Part shown: piece after piece, positions 45,624 to 58,073 of the stretch
Layout: each line of letters starts with the position of its first letter
Numbering within the stretch: the stretch's first letter is position 1
Assembly (NCBI RefSeq): GCF_044324875.1
Contig: NZ_CP172185.1
DNA: 64,000 bases
DNA from: Escherichia coli
GTDB lineage: Bacteria > Pseudomonadota > Gammaproteobacteria > Enterobacterales > Enterobacteriaceae
Strand: one strand, 5' to 3'
Notes under the pieces: model-generated
Database searches by the model: none
What the model saw: the letters and a program-made list of their open reading frames with translations, nothing else
Told to the model about the DNA's origin: nothing
Program-made: the position numbers and the translations under genes

Positions 45624-46886
45624 TTACTCCGCCACACTCTCGCGCAGCGGTTTCACAGGAAAAACTTTTACCTGCTTAATCATATTGTCCTGTACGTCGA
45701 GAATATCAATATCGTACTCGCCAATACGCACGCGGGTGCCTGCGACAGGGATCTCTTCCAGTGCCTCAAGAATGACGCCATTAACCGTGCGGGCATCATC
45801 TTCCGGTAGATGCCAGTTAAAGGCTTTGTTGATTTCCCGCACGTTGGCAGTGCCATCAATAATCACCGAACCGTCGTTTTGCGGAGTGACTTCTTCGGCA
45901 AGTGTTGGCGACATCGACGTGGTGAAATCACCAACTATCTCTTCCAGAATATCTTCAACCGTCACCAGCCCCTGAATGTCTCCATATTCGTTGACGACCA
46001 GGCCGACTTTCTTTTTGTTGCGCTGAAACTTCACCAACTGCGTGCTGAGGGGCGTACCTTCCGGGACAAAATAGATCTCGTCCGCGGCGCGCAGCATGGT
46101 TTCTTTGGTGAACTCTTTTTTCTCCGACATCAACCGCCAGGCTTCACGTACTCGCAGCATACTGATGGCGTCGTCCAGCGAATCACGGTAGAGCACGATG
46201 CGCCCGTGAGGTGAGTGGGATAGTTGGCGCAGAATCGATTTCCAGTCATCGTTGATATCAATACCGATAATTTCACTGCGCGGCACCATGATGTCATCAA
46301 CGGTCATCTTTTCCAGATCGAGCACAGACAGCAGCATATCCTGATTGCGACGGGAAATTTGTGAGCGCGACTCATGCACGATAGTGCGCAACTCTTCTTT
46401 GCTCAAAGAGCCGCTAACCACGATATCGGTTTTGATACCCATCATGCGCATCAGCATACGGGTGATAGCATTCAGCAACCAGACCAGCGGCATCATCAAA
46501 ATTTGCAGCGGAGCCAGCAGAAAACTACTCGGATAAGCGACTTTTTCCGGGTACAGCGCGGCAATGGTTTTCGGCAATACCTCAGCAAAAACCAGTACGA
46601 CAAAAGTCAGCACACCAGTCGCAATTGCCACGCCCGCATCGCCGTACAAACGCATCCCAACAATAGTGCCGAGCGCGGAGGCAAGAATATTGACCAGGTT
46701 ATTGCCGATTAATACCAGGCTTATCAGGCGGTCTGGCTTACGCAGCAATTTTTCGACGCGCTTGGCCGAGCGATTACCCTGTTTCGCCATATGTCGCAGA
46801 CGATAGCGGTTGAGGGTCATCATTCCGGTTTCGGACCCGGAAAAATAGGCTGAAATGACCACCATGATGATCAGAATAATGATCAA
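45624..46886 (-). CDS. yfjD: CNNM/CorC-family membrane protein (DUF21 + CBS pair + CorC_HlyC)
   Basis: 420-aa ORF; the true start may be a non-ATG codon a few codons upstream, just after an AAGGAG RBS. Confidence 0.85.
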   Translation of the reverse strand: MIIILIIMVVISAYFSGSETGMMTLNRYRLRHMAKQGNRSAKRVEKLLRKPDRLISLVLIGNNLVNILASALGTIVGMRLYGDAGVAIATGVLTFVVLVFAEVLPKTIAALYPEKVAYPSSFLLAPLQILMMPLVWLLNAITRMLMRMMGIKTDIVVSGSLSKEELRTIVHESRSQISRRNQDMLLSVLDLEKMTVDDIMVPRSEIIGIDINDDWKSILRQLSHSPHGRIVLYRDSLDDAISMLRVREAWRLMSEKKEFTKETMLRAADEIYFVPEGTPLSTQLVKFQRNKKKVGLVVNEYGDIQGLVTVEDILEEIVGDFTTSMSPTLAEEVTPQNDGSVIIDGTANVREINKAFNWHLPEDDARTVNGVILEALEEIPVAGTRVRIGEYDIDILDVQDNMIKQVKVFPVKPLRESVAE

Positions 46887-46930
46887 CGTAGTAGTAGAAA
46901 TGTGTTCCAGGGGAAACTCCTTTTCTGGGT

Positions 46931-47722
46931 TTAGCTGATTAACTGCTGGACAATTCGGCTGCCGAAGTAGGCCAGTGTCAGAATGACTGCACCCGCAACG
47001 TTAAACCAGACGACGCGACGTCCACGCCATCCTTCATGATAATGTCCCCACAGCAGCACAATATAGACAAACCACGCCACGATAGAGAGCACGGCCTTGT
47101 CGATATTTTCCATGCTAAATAAGTTGTGCATGTAGAACAGGCCAGTGCAAAGCGTGAGCGTTAGCAGCACCACGCCAATCTGCGTGATGTGGAACATTTT
47201 ACGCTCGATACTCATTAATGGCGGCATTTCCTGGTTAAACGCCAGCTTCTTGTTCTTCAGTTGGTAATCAATCCACGCCAGTTGCAGCGCGTACAGGGCG
47301 GCGATAATCAGCGTGGCATAGGAAAAGAGCGATAAGCCAATGTGCACCAGCATCCCAGGCGTTGCTTCCAGATGAGTGATGTATTCATTGGGCATGAAGG
47401 TCGCCAGCGCCAGGTTGATAAGCGCAAAGGCATAGACAATGGGTAGCAGCAACCAGCCACGATTGCGAGAAGCCACAATGGTCATTACCGTACAGATCAT
47501 CAAACTGACCAATGAACCAACGTTCAGCAGGCTGAGGTTTTGTCCGCTATCACCGTCGGGCAGGATGCGGGCTTCCAGAGCGATTGCGTGGCAGACCAGC
47601 GCAATGACCGCAGAAATAATAGCCATGCGCCGCCAGCCGCCGTTTTTTTGCAGCAGACCGGGAACAATCAGCGCAAGACTGACGGAGTAGGCGACAAGCG
47701 CGAGCAGAGCAAAAACGGGCAT
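46931..47722 (-). CDS. ypjD: Cytochrome c assembly-like inner membrane protein YpjD
   Basis: ORF 46931..47797; start set at MPVFALLALVAYSVSLALIVPG (263 aa); eight hydrophobic segments; divergent from ffh. Confidence 0.85.
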   Translation of the reverse strand: MPVFALLALVAYSVSLALIVPGLLQKNGGWRRMAIISAVIALVCHAIALEARILPDGDSGQNLSLLNVGSLVSLMICTVMTIVASRNRGWLLLPIVYAFALINLALATFMPNEYITHLEATPGMLVHIGLSLFSYATLIIAALYALQLAWIDYQLKNKKLAFNQEMPPLMSIERKMFHITQIGVVLLTLTLCTGLFYMHNLFSMENIDKAVLSIVAWFVYIVLLWGHYHEGWRGRRVVWFNVAGAVILTLAYFGSRIVQQLIS

Positions 47723-47888
47723 AGTGATGTCGACAGTTTGAGCAATAAGAAAGAGAAGCAGTATAGCGTCAGGTGAACGCTGCTCCAACCGTTGCATAAC
47801 AACAAAGACGCCTTCATGTTATACTGCGGCAAAATACTGATGATGTGTCGCGATTGCGGCCAACCGTTTCCACCCCAGGCGAGAGACA

Positions 47889-49250
47889 ATGTTTGATAAT
47901 TTAACCGATCGTTTGTCGCGCACGCTGCGCAATATCAGTGGCCGTGGACGCCTCACTGAAGACAACGTAAAAGATACGCTGCGCGAAGTGCGCATGGCGC
48001 TGCTGGAGGCGGACGTCGCTCTGCCGGTAGTGCGTGAGTTTATCAATCGCGTAAAAGAGAAAGCGGTTGGTCATGAAGTTAATAAGAGCCTGACGCCGGG
48101 GCAGGAGTTCGTCAAAATCGTCCGTAACGAACTGGTTGCGGCGATGGGCGAAGAGAACCAGACCCTGAACCTGGCTGCGCAACCGCCTGCGGTCGTGCTG
48201 ATGGCAGGCCTGCAAGGTGCCGGTAAAACAACCAGCGTTGGTAAACTCGGTAAGTTCCTGCGCGAGAAGCACAAGAAGAAAGTGCTGGTGGTTTCTGCCG
48301 ACGTCTATCGCCCGGCGGCAATCAAACAGCTTGAGACGCTGGCTGAGCAGGTGGGCGTTGATTTCTTCCCTTCTGATGTTGGTCAGAAGCCGGTTGATAT
48401 TGTTAACGCGGCGTTGAAAGAAGCCAAACTGAAATTCTACGACGTGCTGCTGGTGGATACCGCTGGTCGTCTGCACGTTGACGAAGCGATGATGGACGAG
48501 ATCAAACAAGTCCATGCGTCGATTAACCCGGTTGAAACCCTGTTTGTGGTTGACGCCATGACCGGTCAGGATGCGGCCAATACGGCAAAAGCATTTAATG
48601 AAGCGTTACCGCTTACCGGCGTAGTGTTGACCAAAGTGGACGGCGATGCCCGCGGCGGTGCGGCGCTCTCTATTCGTCACATCACTGGCAAACCGATCAA
48701 GTTCCTCGGTGTTGGCGAGAAAACTGAGGCGCTGGAGCCGTTCCATCCGGACCGCATCGCGTCGCGTATTCTCGGCATGGGCGACGTACTGTCGCTGATC
48801 GAAGATATCGAAAGCAAAGTTGACCGCGCGCAGGCAGAGAAATTAGCCAGCAAGCTGAAAAAAGGCGACGGCTTCGATCTCAACGACTTCCTTGAGCAGC
48901 TGCGGCAGATGAAAAATATGGGCGGCATGGCCAGCTTGATGGGCAAACTGCCGGGCATGGGGCAGATCCCGGATAACGTCAAGTCGCAGATGGACGATAA
49001 AGTGCTGGTGCGTATGGAAGCCATCATCAACTCAATGACGATGAAAGAGCGCGCTAAGCCAGAAATCATCAAAGGTTCACGTAAGCGTCGTATCGCCGCC
49101 GGTTGCGGGATGCAGGTACAGGACGTTAACCGCCTTCTGAAGCAGTTCGACGACATGCAGCGCATGATGAAGAAAATGAAGAAGGGCGGAATGGCGAAGA
49201 TGATGAGAAGCATGAAAGGGATGATGCCGCCGGGATTTCCTGGTCGCTAA
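47889..49250 (+). CDS. ffh: Signal recognition particle protein Ffh
   Basis: 453-aa ORF with NG-domain GTPase motifs (GLQGAGKTT, DTAGR, TKVDGD) and Met-rich M domain. Confidence 0.97.
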   Translation: MFDNLTDRLSRTLRNISGRGRLTEDNVKDTLREVRMALLEADVALPVVREFINRVKEKAVGHEVNKSLTPGQEFVKIVRNELVAAMGEENQTLNLAAQPPAVVLMAGLQGAGKTTSVGKLGKFLREKHKKKVLVVSADVYRPAAIKQLETLAEQVGVDFFPSDVGQKPVDIVNAALKEAKLKFYDVLLVDTAGRLHVDEAMMDEIKQVHASINPVETLFVVDAMTGQDAANTAKAFNEALPLTGVVLTKVDGDARGGAALSIRHITGKPIKFLGVGEKTEALEPFHPDRIASRILGMGDVLSLIEDIESKVDRAQAEKLASKLKKGDGFDLNDFLEQLRQMKNMGGMASLMGKLPGMGQIPDNVKSQMDDKVLVRMEAIINSMTMKERAKPEIIKGSRKRRIAAGCGMQVQDVNRLLKQFDDMQRMMKKMKKGGMAKMMRSMKGMMPPGFPGR

Positions 49251-49420
49251 TCGGCCTGGCTTGTTTGCCATTTTGGCACCGGGGTGTGCTCGTCATCCTC
49301 ACGTACTGCGTGTACGCTCCGGTGACTGCGCGCACTCCGGCACCAAACTGGCTGCACCGCCGACGGCCTTTTACAGCAGAGTTAGCAACTGTTGATTGCA
49401 ATTTCCGCAAAAATGAGTAA

Positions 49421-49747
<327 letters not shown>

Positions 49748-49765
49748 TCTGTCACGGTGGTCATG

Positions 49766-50314
49766 ATGAGCAAACAACTCACCGCGCAAGCACCTGTTGA
49801 TCCCATCGTTTTGGGAAAAATGGGTTCGTCTTACGGTATTCGTGGGTGGCTCAGAGTGTTTTCTTCCACCGAAGACGCCGAAAGCATTTTTGACTATCAG
49901 CCCTGGTTTATCCAGAAGGCGGGTCAGTGGCAGCAAGTCCAGCTGGAAAGCTGGAAGCACCACAATCAGGACATGATCATCAAGCTGAAAGGCGTTGACG
50001 ATCGTGATGCGGCGAACCTACTGACGAATTGTGAAATTGTCGTGGATTCATCGCAGCTGCCTCAGCTTGAAGAGGGTGACTACTACTGGAAAGACCTGAT
50101 GGGCTGCCAGGTAGTAACCACTGAAGGCTACGATCTCGGTAAAGTCGTCGATATGATGGAAACCGGATCTAATGATGTTCTCGTCATTAAGGCAAACCTG
50201 AAAGATGCGTTTGGTATCAAGGAACGTCTCGTACCGTTCCTCGATGGGCAGGTTATCAAGAAAGTCGATCTCACTACTCGTTCAATCGAAGTAGATTGGG
50301 ATCCTGGTTTTTAA
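49766..50314 (+). CDS. rimM: Ribosome maturation factor RimM
   Basis: Start set at [18 protein letters not shown] (182 aa). Confidence 0.93.
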
Positions 50315-50344
50315 ACCACCGGATAAACGGTAAAAGACGGCGCT

Positions 50345-51112
50345 ATGTGGATTGGCATAATTAGCCTGTTTCCTGAAATGTTCCGCGCAATTACCGATTA
50401 CGGGGTAACTGGCCGGGCAGTTAAAAATGGCCTGCTGAGCATCCAGAGCTGGAGTCCTCGCGACTTCACGCATGACCGGCACCGTACCGTGGACGATCGT
50501 CCTTACGGCGGCGGACCGGGGATGTTAATGATGGTGCAACCTTTGCGGGACGCCATTCATGCAGCAAAAGCCGCGGCGGGTGAAGGCGCAAAGGTGATTT
50601 ATCTGTCACCACAGGGACGCAAGCTTGATCAAGCGGGCGTCAGCGAACTGGCAACGAATCAAAAATTGATTCTGGTGTGCGGTCGCTACGAAGGTATAGA
50701 TGAGCGCGTGATCCAAACCGAAATTGACGAAGAATGGTCAATCGGCGATTACGTTCTCAGTGGTGGTGAGTTACCAGCAATGACGCTGATTGACTCCGTT
50801 TCCCGGTTTATTCCGGGAGTACTGGGACATGAAGCCTCGGCAACGGAAGATTCCTTTGCTGAAGGATTGCTGGATTGCCCGCACTATACGCGGCCTGAGG
50901 TGTTAGAAGGGATGGAAGTTCCGTCAGTGTTACTGTCGGGCAACCATGCCGAGATACGTCGCTGGCGTTTGAAACAGTCGCTGGGCCGTACCTGGCTTAG
51001 AAGACCTGAACTTCTGGAAAACCTGGCTCTGACTGAAGAGCAAGCAAGGTTGCTGGCGGAGTTCAAAACGGAACACGCACAACAGCAACATAAACATGAT
51101 GGGATGGCGTAA
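50345..51112 (+). CDS. trmD: tRNA (guanine37-N1)-methyltransferase
   Basis: 255-aa [16 protein letters not shown]...; recognised as TrmD. Confidence 0.95.
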   Translation: MWIGIISLFPEMFRAITDYGVTGRAVKNGLLSIQSWSPRDFTHDRHRTVDDRPYGGGPGMLMMVQPLRDAIHAAKAAAGEGAKVIYLSPQGRKLDQAGVSELATNQKLILVCGRYEGIDERVIQTEIDEEWSIGDYVLSGGELPAMTLIDSVSRFIPGVLGHEASATEDSFAEGLLDCPHYTRPEVLEGMEVPSVLLSGNHAEIRRWRLKQSLGRTWLRRPELLENLALTEEQARLLAEFKTEHAQQQHKHDGMA

Positions 51113-51150
51113 GCCCCCGAGATATCAGTTTACCCAGGATAAGAGATTAA

Positions 51151-51501
<351 letters not shown>

Positions 51502-51531
51502 GGTTTCGCTTAAGCGACATCCTGTTAAGAA

Positions 51532-51560
51532 GGGCTGGCCAATTGGCTGGCCCTTTTTTT
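51532..51560 (+). terminator. Intrinsic terminator of the rpsP-rimM-trmD-rplS operon
   Basis: GGGCTGGCCAATTGGCTGGCCC hairpin followed by TTTTTTT. Confidence 0.6.
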
Positions 51561-51577
51561 ATCTGTTTGCTCGTGTT

Positions 51578-52060
51578 TTAAGGGGTAGTAATCACCACTG
51601 CGACGCGGCGGTTCTCGGCGCGGCCCTGGGCGGTCTTGTTACTGGCTATGGGATATTTTTTTCCTAAACCCTGTGTGGTGAGATTGCTGCGCGGAATTTG
51701 TCCACCCATAGCCCATGCATCGGCCACGACATTCGCCCGTTTCAATGATAAGGCTTCGTTGTAACTGTCTTCACCATAGTTGTCGGTGTGTCCATCCATA
51801 CGGGCATGCGTTAGCCCTGTCGAGGCCAATTTGGCTGCCATGGTTTGGATCTGTTGCTGGCTTTCCGGGAGCAATTTGTAGTCATTTTTTGCGAACAGAA
51901 TGGCATCTGATAAGCCCAACGACCAGTCGCCGGCGGATTCAGTAAATCCATAAGATTGCATAGCGGCGACTTGCTCAGGAGTAAACTTTCCCTGAGGGGA
52001 CTGGCAGCCAGTCAGTATTAGCGAGGTGAAAATCAGGGGTACTACCAGGTGCTTTATCAT
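51578..52060 (-). CDS. yfiB: OmpA-family outer membrane lipoprotein YfiB
   Basis: 160-aa ORF with lipobox LTGC and C-terminal OmpA-like peptidoglycan-binding domain. Confidence 0.9.
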   Translation of the reverse strand: MIKHLVVPLIFTSLILTGCQSPQGKFTPEQVAAMQSYGFTESAGDWSLGLSDAILFAKNDYKLLPESQQQIQTMAAKLASTGLTHARMDGHTDNYGEDSYNEALSLKRANVVADAWAMGGQIPRSNLTTQGLGKKYPIASNKTAQGRAENRRVAVVITTP

Positions 52061-52075
52061 ATCGATATATCCTTG

Positions 52076-53302
52076 TTATCTCACCAGCTTTTCGGCACGC
52101 TGGTGTTTGGCCTGATACATATTGTGATCGGCCAGCTCTTGTAATTTTTCCGCAGAGGCATGCTCAATGGTCATCGCGTAACCAATGCTTAATGTCATGG
52201 TGGTCTGATGACCATTATGAAGATCAAACGGGCGATTAAAGATTTGTGTCAGTGCTGAGCAAATCCGCTGTACTTCGGATTCCGACTGTACACCAAAGAG
52301 GACCATCGCAAATTCATCGCCGCCTATGCGGTATGCTTTATGTTGCAGCCCGCCAAATTCAGCTAACCGTTTTGCTACCTCAATCAAGACACGATCGCCC
52401 GTCGCATGACCCCAGGTATCATTGATATATTTGAAATTATCGCCATCAAGAAATAGTAACGCCGACGTTTTTCGGGCGTCGGAACTGCTCATCAACGTGT
52501 TGATACCGCTACGAAACGCTGCGCGGTTAGCCAGCCCGGTTAATGGGTCATGTAGCGCGGTACGTAGAAGCTGCGCATTTTTGGCCTGTAAACGAAGCTG
52601 CCACTCTTCCATTTCATCCAGCAGACTGTTGAAGTCGAGTGCGAAGCGGTGAAATTCTGCAATGCGTTCTTCCGAAACTCGTCGGGAAAAATTGCGGTTG
52701 GAACGTACGTCATGCACGACATCGGTGATATTTTTCAATGCTTCCACCAGGCCATTGTGCAAATGGCGGGTGAGGGTAATTGCGATGCCTGATGCCAGCA
52801 GAATGCAGGCGGTCAGGACAGCGAGCGAAAACCAGATAAAATGGCTGATTGAACTGTCGCGAGCGGTTAAGCGTACTTCGCCAATGGTTTCACCATTGTG
52901 ACGAATCGGCTGAATGATGGGGGCAGGGAAGAGCCAGTGGCTTATGAAATTGCTTAAAGTATCGCCTGGATCCTTACGGGTGTAATGCCAGGATGCCAGA
53001 ATATTTTGCTGCTTATCACGTACTTCTGCAGTTGAAAATTGCCCTTGCTGGCCCAGCGCTGCCAGTGTTTCAGTTGCTGCAGGGCCATCGGCAAAAACGA
53101 CAGCTGCTTCCAGACTGTAAGTCATTGTTGCTGCTGTCAGTGCCAGGTTTTTTTGCGCGTACTGTTTCAGGGTCAGCACCGAGGTCACGGAAAGCAGCAA
53201 CCAGATCAGCATCATAGTGATAAATATGCTGGTCATACTGATGTTGCGTAATGCTCTTTTAAACGTGGGGCGCTTATTAAGAGAATTATCGTTATCCATC
53301 AT
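52076..53302 (-). CDS. dgcN: Diguanylate cyclase DgcN (YfiN): TM-HAMP-GGDEF
   Basis: 408-aa ORF with two TM helices and a GGDEF domain (active site RIGGDEF). Confidence 0.9.
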
Positions 53303-53810
53303 TTTTCTTCCGTGCGAGCATCAAGACATCCGGGTTGACCTTTACACCGCTACGCGATAAGGCATCCAGGTTTACGGCAAATCTGACGTCATTATTGTGG
53401 ATGATCAGACAAAAGGCGCTACCAATAATGCACTCGGTATTTTGTTCGGCAATTAATAATAACGCCTTTGACGGATATTGTTCGGTTAATTCCATCTGGA
53501 ATGTCGGTGACTCGTTGCCAAAATAAAAACCATTGCAGCCTGAAATCATCGCCTCTTGTTGAGTGTGAATGATGACAGGCAAATAAGGCAAAGATGTCGC
53601 GGCATTCTCTTGTAGGGCGGTACTAAAACGTGAAGATGAAAAGATACATAACTTTGGTGGCCCTGATAGCGCAGGCCAGCGGGTGTAACTGACAATACCG
53701 GAAACCATCATACGCACGTTTTTCGCAACGTCAGAAGGCTCCTGAGCGAGTATTGGTGCTCCCGTCAGCAGGAGAATCAGCAGTAAGAACAGTCGGTGAG
53801 AAAAACGCAT
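53292..53810 (-). CDS. yfiR: Periplasmic repressor of DgcN, YfiR
   Basis: 172-aa ORF with signal peptide, overlapping the dgcN start. Confidence 0.9.
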
Positions 53811-53956
53811 TCAGGGATCCTCACCATCTTCGCTCGAAATGCATCGATATTTTTTCAGAATGCTCATTAAAATATCATCCTTTCATGCGGTCGTCATCAA
53901 TGTGAGAAATAAAACATAATGAGTAAAATCTCATGCTTAATTTATTTGGGGGGTAA

Positions 53957-54322
53957 TTAATTTAATCGTATTGTGCTGGCATTTTCATCAGCCCCTTTTC
54001 GCCATACTTCATGCAGTTGGCTGGCATTTTCAACATTATTGCAGCTGGCAGGAAAGCTTTTACCAGAAAGTCCTCGGGCATAAGTAAAATCGGTCTGGCA
54101 AGTTTTCTTTTGTCCTTCGGCATATCCTTTAAGGTATAGACCGCGATCCGCCTGTGAATCGCTAAATGCATCGTCATCTTTTATGGCGCTGCCCGATATC
54201 GCATCTTCCATACCGACATCATACCAGTCGGTGCTGGTCAAGGTTGGCGCGTGAGTATAAGGATCAATCTGACATCCGCTAACCAGTAAAGCCAACAAGG
54301 GGGCGATAAACTTTTTCATCAT
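53957..54322 (-). CDS. yfiL: Lipoprotein YfiL
   Basis: ORF 53957..54340; start set at MMKKFIAPLLALLVSGCQ (lipobox), 121 aa. Confidence 0.8.
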   Translation of the reverse strand: MMKKFIAPLLALLVSGCQIDPYTHAPTLTSTDWYDVGMEDAISGSAIKDDDAFSDSQADRGLYLKGYAEGQKKTCQTDFTYARGLSGKSFPASCNNVENASQLHEVWRKGADENASTIRLN

Positions 54323-54367
54323 TTCTTTCTCCTTTTTCAAAGCATAGCGGATTGTTTTTAAAGGAGG

Positions 54368-54436
54368 TGTAAATTTATTTGTACGAAATAAGCATCAAAA
54401 GCGCGAGTAAATTGTTCCTGTAAAGAAAAATGTACG
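54368..54436 (+). promoter_or_regulatory. TyrR boxes in the aroF promoter region
   Basis: TGTAAATTTATTTGTACG (54368-54385) and TGTAAAGAAAAATGTACG (54419-54436) fit TGTAAA-N6-TTTACA with the G-N14-C core, about 100-160 nt upstream of aroF. Confidence 0.5.
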
Positions 54437-54530
54437 AAATATGGATTGAAAACTTTACTTTATGTGTTATCGTTACGTCATCCTCGCTGAGGATCAACTA
54501 TCGCAAACGAGCATAAACAGGATCGCCATC

Positions 54531-55601
54531 ATGCAAAAAGACGCGCTGAATAACGTACATATTACCGACGAACAGGTTTTAATGACTCCGGAACAACTGA
54601 AGGCCGCTTTTCCATTGAGCCTGCAACAAGAAGCCCAGATTGCTGACTCGCGTAAAACCATTTCAGATATTATCGCCGGGCGCGATCCTCGTCTGCTGGT
54701 AGTATGTGGTCCTTGTTCCATTCATGATCCGGAAACTGCTCTGGAATATGCTCGTCGATTTAAAGCCCTTGCCGCAGAGGTCAGCGATAGCCTCTATCTG
54801 GTAATGCGCGTCTATTTTGAAAAACCCCGTACCACTGTCGGCTGGAAAGGGTTAATTAACGATCCCCATATGGATGGCTCTTTTGATGTAGAAGCCGGGC
54901 TGCAGATCGCGCGTAAATTGCTGCTTGAGCTGGTGAATATGGGACTGCCACTGGCGACGGAAGCGTTAGATCCAAATAGCCCGCAATACCTGGGCGATCT
55001 GTTTAGCTGGTCAGCAATTGGTGCTCGTACAACGGAATCGCAAACTCACCGTGAAATGGCCTCCGGGCTTTCCATGCCGGTTGGTTTTAAAAACGGCACC
55101 GACGGCAGCCTTGCAACGGCAATTAACGCTATGCGCGCCGCCGCCCAGCCGCACCGTTTTGTTGGCATTAACCAGGCAGGTCAGGTTGCGTTGCTACAAA
55201 CTCAGGGGAATCCGGACGGACATGTGATCCTGCGCGGTGGTAAAGCGCCGAACTATAGCCCTGCGGATGTTGCGCAATGTGAAAAAGAGATGGAACAGGC
55301 GGGACTGCGCCCGTCTCTGATGGTAGATTGCAGCCACGGTAATTCCAATAAAGATTATCGCCGTCAGCCTGCGGTGGCAGAATCCGTGGTTGCTCAAATC
55401 AAAGATGGTAATCGCTCCATTATTGGTCTGATGATTGAAAGTAATATCCACGAAGGTAATCAGTCTTCCGAACAGCCGCGTAGCGAAATGAAATACGGCG
55501 TGTCTGTAACCGATGCCTGCATTAGCTGGGAAATGACCGATGCCTTACTGCGTGAGATCCATCATGATCTCAACGGGCAGCTGACGGCTCGCGTGGCTTA
55601 A
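54531..55601 (+). CDS. aroF: DAHP synthase, tyrosine-sensitive
   Basis: ORF 54462..55601; start set at [15 protein letters not shown] (356 aa). Confidence 0.95.
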   Translation: MQKDALNNVHITDEQVLMTPEQLKAAFPLSLQQEAQIADSRKTISDIIAGRDPRLLVVCGPCSIHDPETALEYARRFKALAAEVSDSLYLVMRVYFEKPRTTVGWKGLINDPHMDGSFDVEAGLQIARKLLLELVNMGLPLATEALDPNSPQYLGDLFSWSAIGARTTESQTHREMASGLSMPVGFKNGTDGSLATAINAMRAAAQPHRFVGINQAGQVALLQTQGNPDGHVILRGGKAPNYSPADVAQCEKEMEQAGLRPSLMVDCSHGNSNKDYRRQPAVAESVVAQIKDGNRSIIGLMIESNIHEGNQSSEQPRSEMKYGVSVTDACISWEMTDALLREIHHDLNGQLTARVA

Positions 55602-55611
55602 GAGGTTTATT

Positions 55612-56733
55612 ATGGTTGCTGAGTTGACCGCATTACGCGATCAAATTGATGAAGTCGATAAAGCGCTGCTGAATTTATTAGCGAAGCGTCTGGAACTGGT
55701 TGCTGAAGTGGGCGAGGTGAAAAGCCGCTTTGGACTGCCTATTTATGTTCCGGAGCGCGAGGCATCTATGTTGGCCTCGCGTCGTGCAGAGGCGGAAGCT
55801 CTGGGTGTACCGCCAGATCTGATTGAGGATGTTTTGCGTCGGGTGATGCGTGAATCTTACTCCAGTGAAAACGACAAAGGATTTAAAACACTTTGTCCGT
55901 CACTGCGTCCGGTGGTTATCGTCGGCGGTGGCGGTCAGATGGGACGCCTGTTCGAGAAGATGCTGACACTATCGGGTTATCAGGTGCGGATTCTGGAGCA
56001 ACATGACTGGGATCGAGCGGCTGAAATTGTTGCCGATGCCGGAATGGTGATTGTTAGTGTGCCAATCCACGTTACTGAGCAAGTTATCGGCAAATTACCG
56101 CCTTTACCGAAAGATTGTATTCTGGTCGATCTGGCATCAGTGAAAAATGGGCCATTACAGGCCATGCTGGCGGCGCATGATGGTCCGGTGCTGGGGCTAC
56201 ACCCGATGTTCGGTCCGGACAGCGGTAGCCTGGCAAAGCAAGTTGTGGTCTGGTGTGATGGACGTAAGCCGGAAGCATACCAATGGTTTCTGGAGCAAAT
56301 TCAGGTCTGGGGCGCTCGGCTGCATCGTATTAGCGCTGTCGAGCACGATCAGAATATGGCGTTTATTCAGGCTCTGCGCCACTTTGCTACTTTTGCTTAT
56401 GGGCTGCACCTGGCAGAAGAAAATGTTCAGCTTGAGCAACTTCTGGCGCTCTCTTCGCCGATTTACCGCCTTGAACTGGCGATGGTTGGGCGACTGTTTG
56501 CTCAGGATCCGCAGCTTTATGCCGACATTATTATGTCGTCAGAGCGTAATCTGGCGTTAATCAAACGTTACTATAAGCGTTTCGGCGAGGCGATTGAGTT
56601 GCTGGAGCAGGGCGATAAGCAGGCGTTTATTGACAGTTTCCGCAAGGTGGAGCACTGGTTCGGCGATTACGCACAGCGTTTTCAGAGTGAAAGCCGCGTG
56701 TTATTGCGTCAGGCGAATGACAACCGCCACTAA
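55612..56733 (+). CDS. tyrA: Bifunctional chorismate mutase/prephenate dehydrogenase
   Basis: 373-aa [33 protein letters not shown]...; recognised as TyrA. Confidence 0.95.
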   Translation: MVAELTALRDQIDEVDKALLNLLAKRLELVAEVGEVKSRFGLPIYVPEREASMLASRRAEAEALGVPPDLIEDVLRRVMRESYSSENDKGFKTLCPSLRPVVIVGGGGQMGRLFEKMLTLSGYQVRILEQHDWDRAAEIVADAGMVIVSVPIHVTEQVIGKLPPLPKDCILVDLASVKNGPLQAMLAAHDGPVLGLHPMFGPDSGSLAKQVVVWCDGRKPEAYQWFLEQIQVWGARLHRISAVEHDQNMAFIQALRHFATFAYGLHLAEENVQLEQLLALSSPIYRLELAMVGRLFAQDPQLYADIIMSSERNLALIKRYYKRFGEAIELLEQGDKQAFIDSFRKVEHWFGDYAQRFQSESRVLLRQANDNRH

Positions 56734-56740
56734 TAATCCA

Positions 56741-56774
56741 GTGCCGGGTGATTCACATCATCCGGCACCTTTTC
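56741..56774 (+). terminator. Terminator in the convergent tyrA/pheA spacer
   Basis: GTGCCGG..(loop)..CCGGCAC inverted repeat followed by CTTTTC. Confidence 0.45.
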
Positions 56775-56775
56775 A

Positions 56776-57936
56776 TCAGGTTGGATCAACAGGCACTACG
56801 TTCTCACTTGGGTAACAGCCCAATACCTTCATCGAACGGGTGATGTCCCCTAACTCTTTCAATGCTTTTTGCATTTCCGCTGATTCAAGATTGGCCTGAA
56901 TATCCAGATAAAACATCTCTTCCCATGGATTACCGTGAATCGGGCGTGACTCCAGACGGGTCATAATCAGATTGTGGTTGCGCAGTACCAGCAACGCTTC
57001 AACCAGCGCACCAGCTTGTTGCCCGGTCGCCATTAACAACGTCGTTTTCGCTGGAACCTGGTCAGACACGTTAATGGCTTTACGTGCCAACACCACAAAT
57101 CGGGTGAAGTTTTGTCGCTGATTCGCTTCAATACGCTCCAGTACCTGCAAACCGTACAAAGTGCCGCCAGCTTCGCTTCCCAACGCAGCAACATGCGGTG
57201 ATTTTGCCTGTGCAACCTTTTCCATTGCCGCAGACGTACTTTCGGTATATTCAATCTTCCAGTGCGGATAACGATTAAGGAATTTGCTGCATTGCTGGAA
57301 TGGCTGCGGATGGCTGTAGACCGTATTGATGGTGGATAAATCAGTAGTGCCGGAGACCAACAAACAATGGTCGATAGTTAACGTCATCTCGCCAACAATC
57401 GACAAACTGGTATGTTGTAGCAGATCGTAAACGTCATTTATGGCACCGGAGCTGGTATTTTCAATCGGTACGACGGCATAGTCGGCCTGGCCGGTTTCCA
57501 CCTGATTAAAAATATCGGCAAATTTGGCGCAGCCACTTTCAATGAATTGCTCAAAGTGACGGGCAGCATACTGGCGCGCCGCAAGATGGGAATAAGAACC
57601 TTTGGGGCCGAGAAAAGCGATGCGTGCTGAGTGCGGATTAATTTTATTGAGATGTTGCTGGAGCAAAGCCTGCTGAGTTAATACGGAATCTTCAATGATG
57701 AGCTGGAACAGGCGAGTAATGTAATGGGCGTCCAGATGGTGCGCTTTACCGAGCGTAATTAATCTTTCCAGCAAATCGCGTTCACGATCAATATCACGTA
57801 CCGGGCGATGCGAGAGCAGTTTGGCTTTTCCCACCTCAACGGCCAGTTCGCGCCGCTCTGCCAGTAATGCTAATAATTTTTCATCCAGCGCGCTGATTTT
57901 CTCACGCAGCGCCAGTAACGGGTTTTCCGATGTCAT
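56776..57936 (-). CDS. pheA: Bifunctional chorismate mutase/prephenate dehydratase
   Basis: 386-aa [35 protein letters not shown]...; recognised as PheA. Confidence 0.95.
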   Translation of the reverse strand: MTSENPLLALREKISALDEKLLALLAERRELAVEVGKAKLLSHRPVRDIDRERDLLERLITLGKAHHLDAHYITRLFQLIIEDSVLTQQALLQQHLNKINPHSARIAFLGPKGSYSHLAARQYAARHFEQFIESGCAKFADIFNQVETGQADYAVVPIENTSSGAINDVYDLLQHTSLSIVGEMTLTIDHCLLVSGTTDLSTINTVYSHPQPFQQCSKFLNRYPHWKIEYTESTSAAMEKVAQAKSPHVAALGSEAGGTLYGLQVLERIEANQRQNFTRFVVLARKAINVSDQVPAKTTLLMATGQQAGALVEALLVLRNHNLIMTRLESRPIHGNPWEEMFYLDIQANLESAEMQKALKELGDITRSMKVLGCYPSENVVPVDPT

Positions 57937-57954
57937 AGTGTTGCCTTTTTTGTT

Positions 57955-57989
57955 ATCAATAAAAAAGGCCCCCCGATTTGGGAGGCCTT
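57955..57989 (-). terminator. pheA attenuator terminator
   Basis: Minus strand AAGGCCTCCCAAATCGGGGGGCCTT followed by TTTTTTATT, between pheL and pheA. Confidence 0.6.
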
Positions 57990-58025
57990 ATTGTTCGTCT
58001 TCGCATTCTGTTTCACACGACGAAA

Positions 58026-58073
58026 CGCCTCCCATTCAGGGGAAGGTAAAAAAGAATGCGAAGAAAAACGGTG
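58026..58073 (-). CDS. pheL: pheA leader peptide (Phe-rich, 15 aa)
   Basis: Minus strand ATGAAACACACACCGTTTTTCTTCGCATTCTTTTTTACCTTCCCCTGA translates to MKHTPFFFAFFFTFP with seven Phe codons. Confidence 0.85.
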
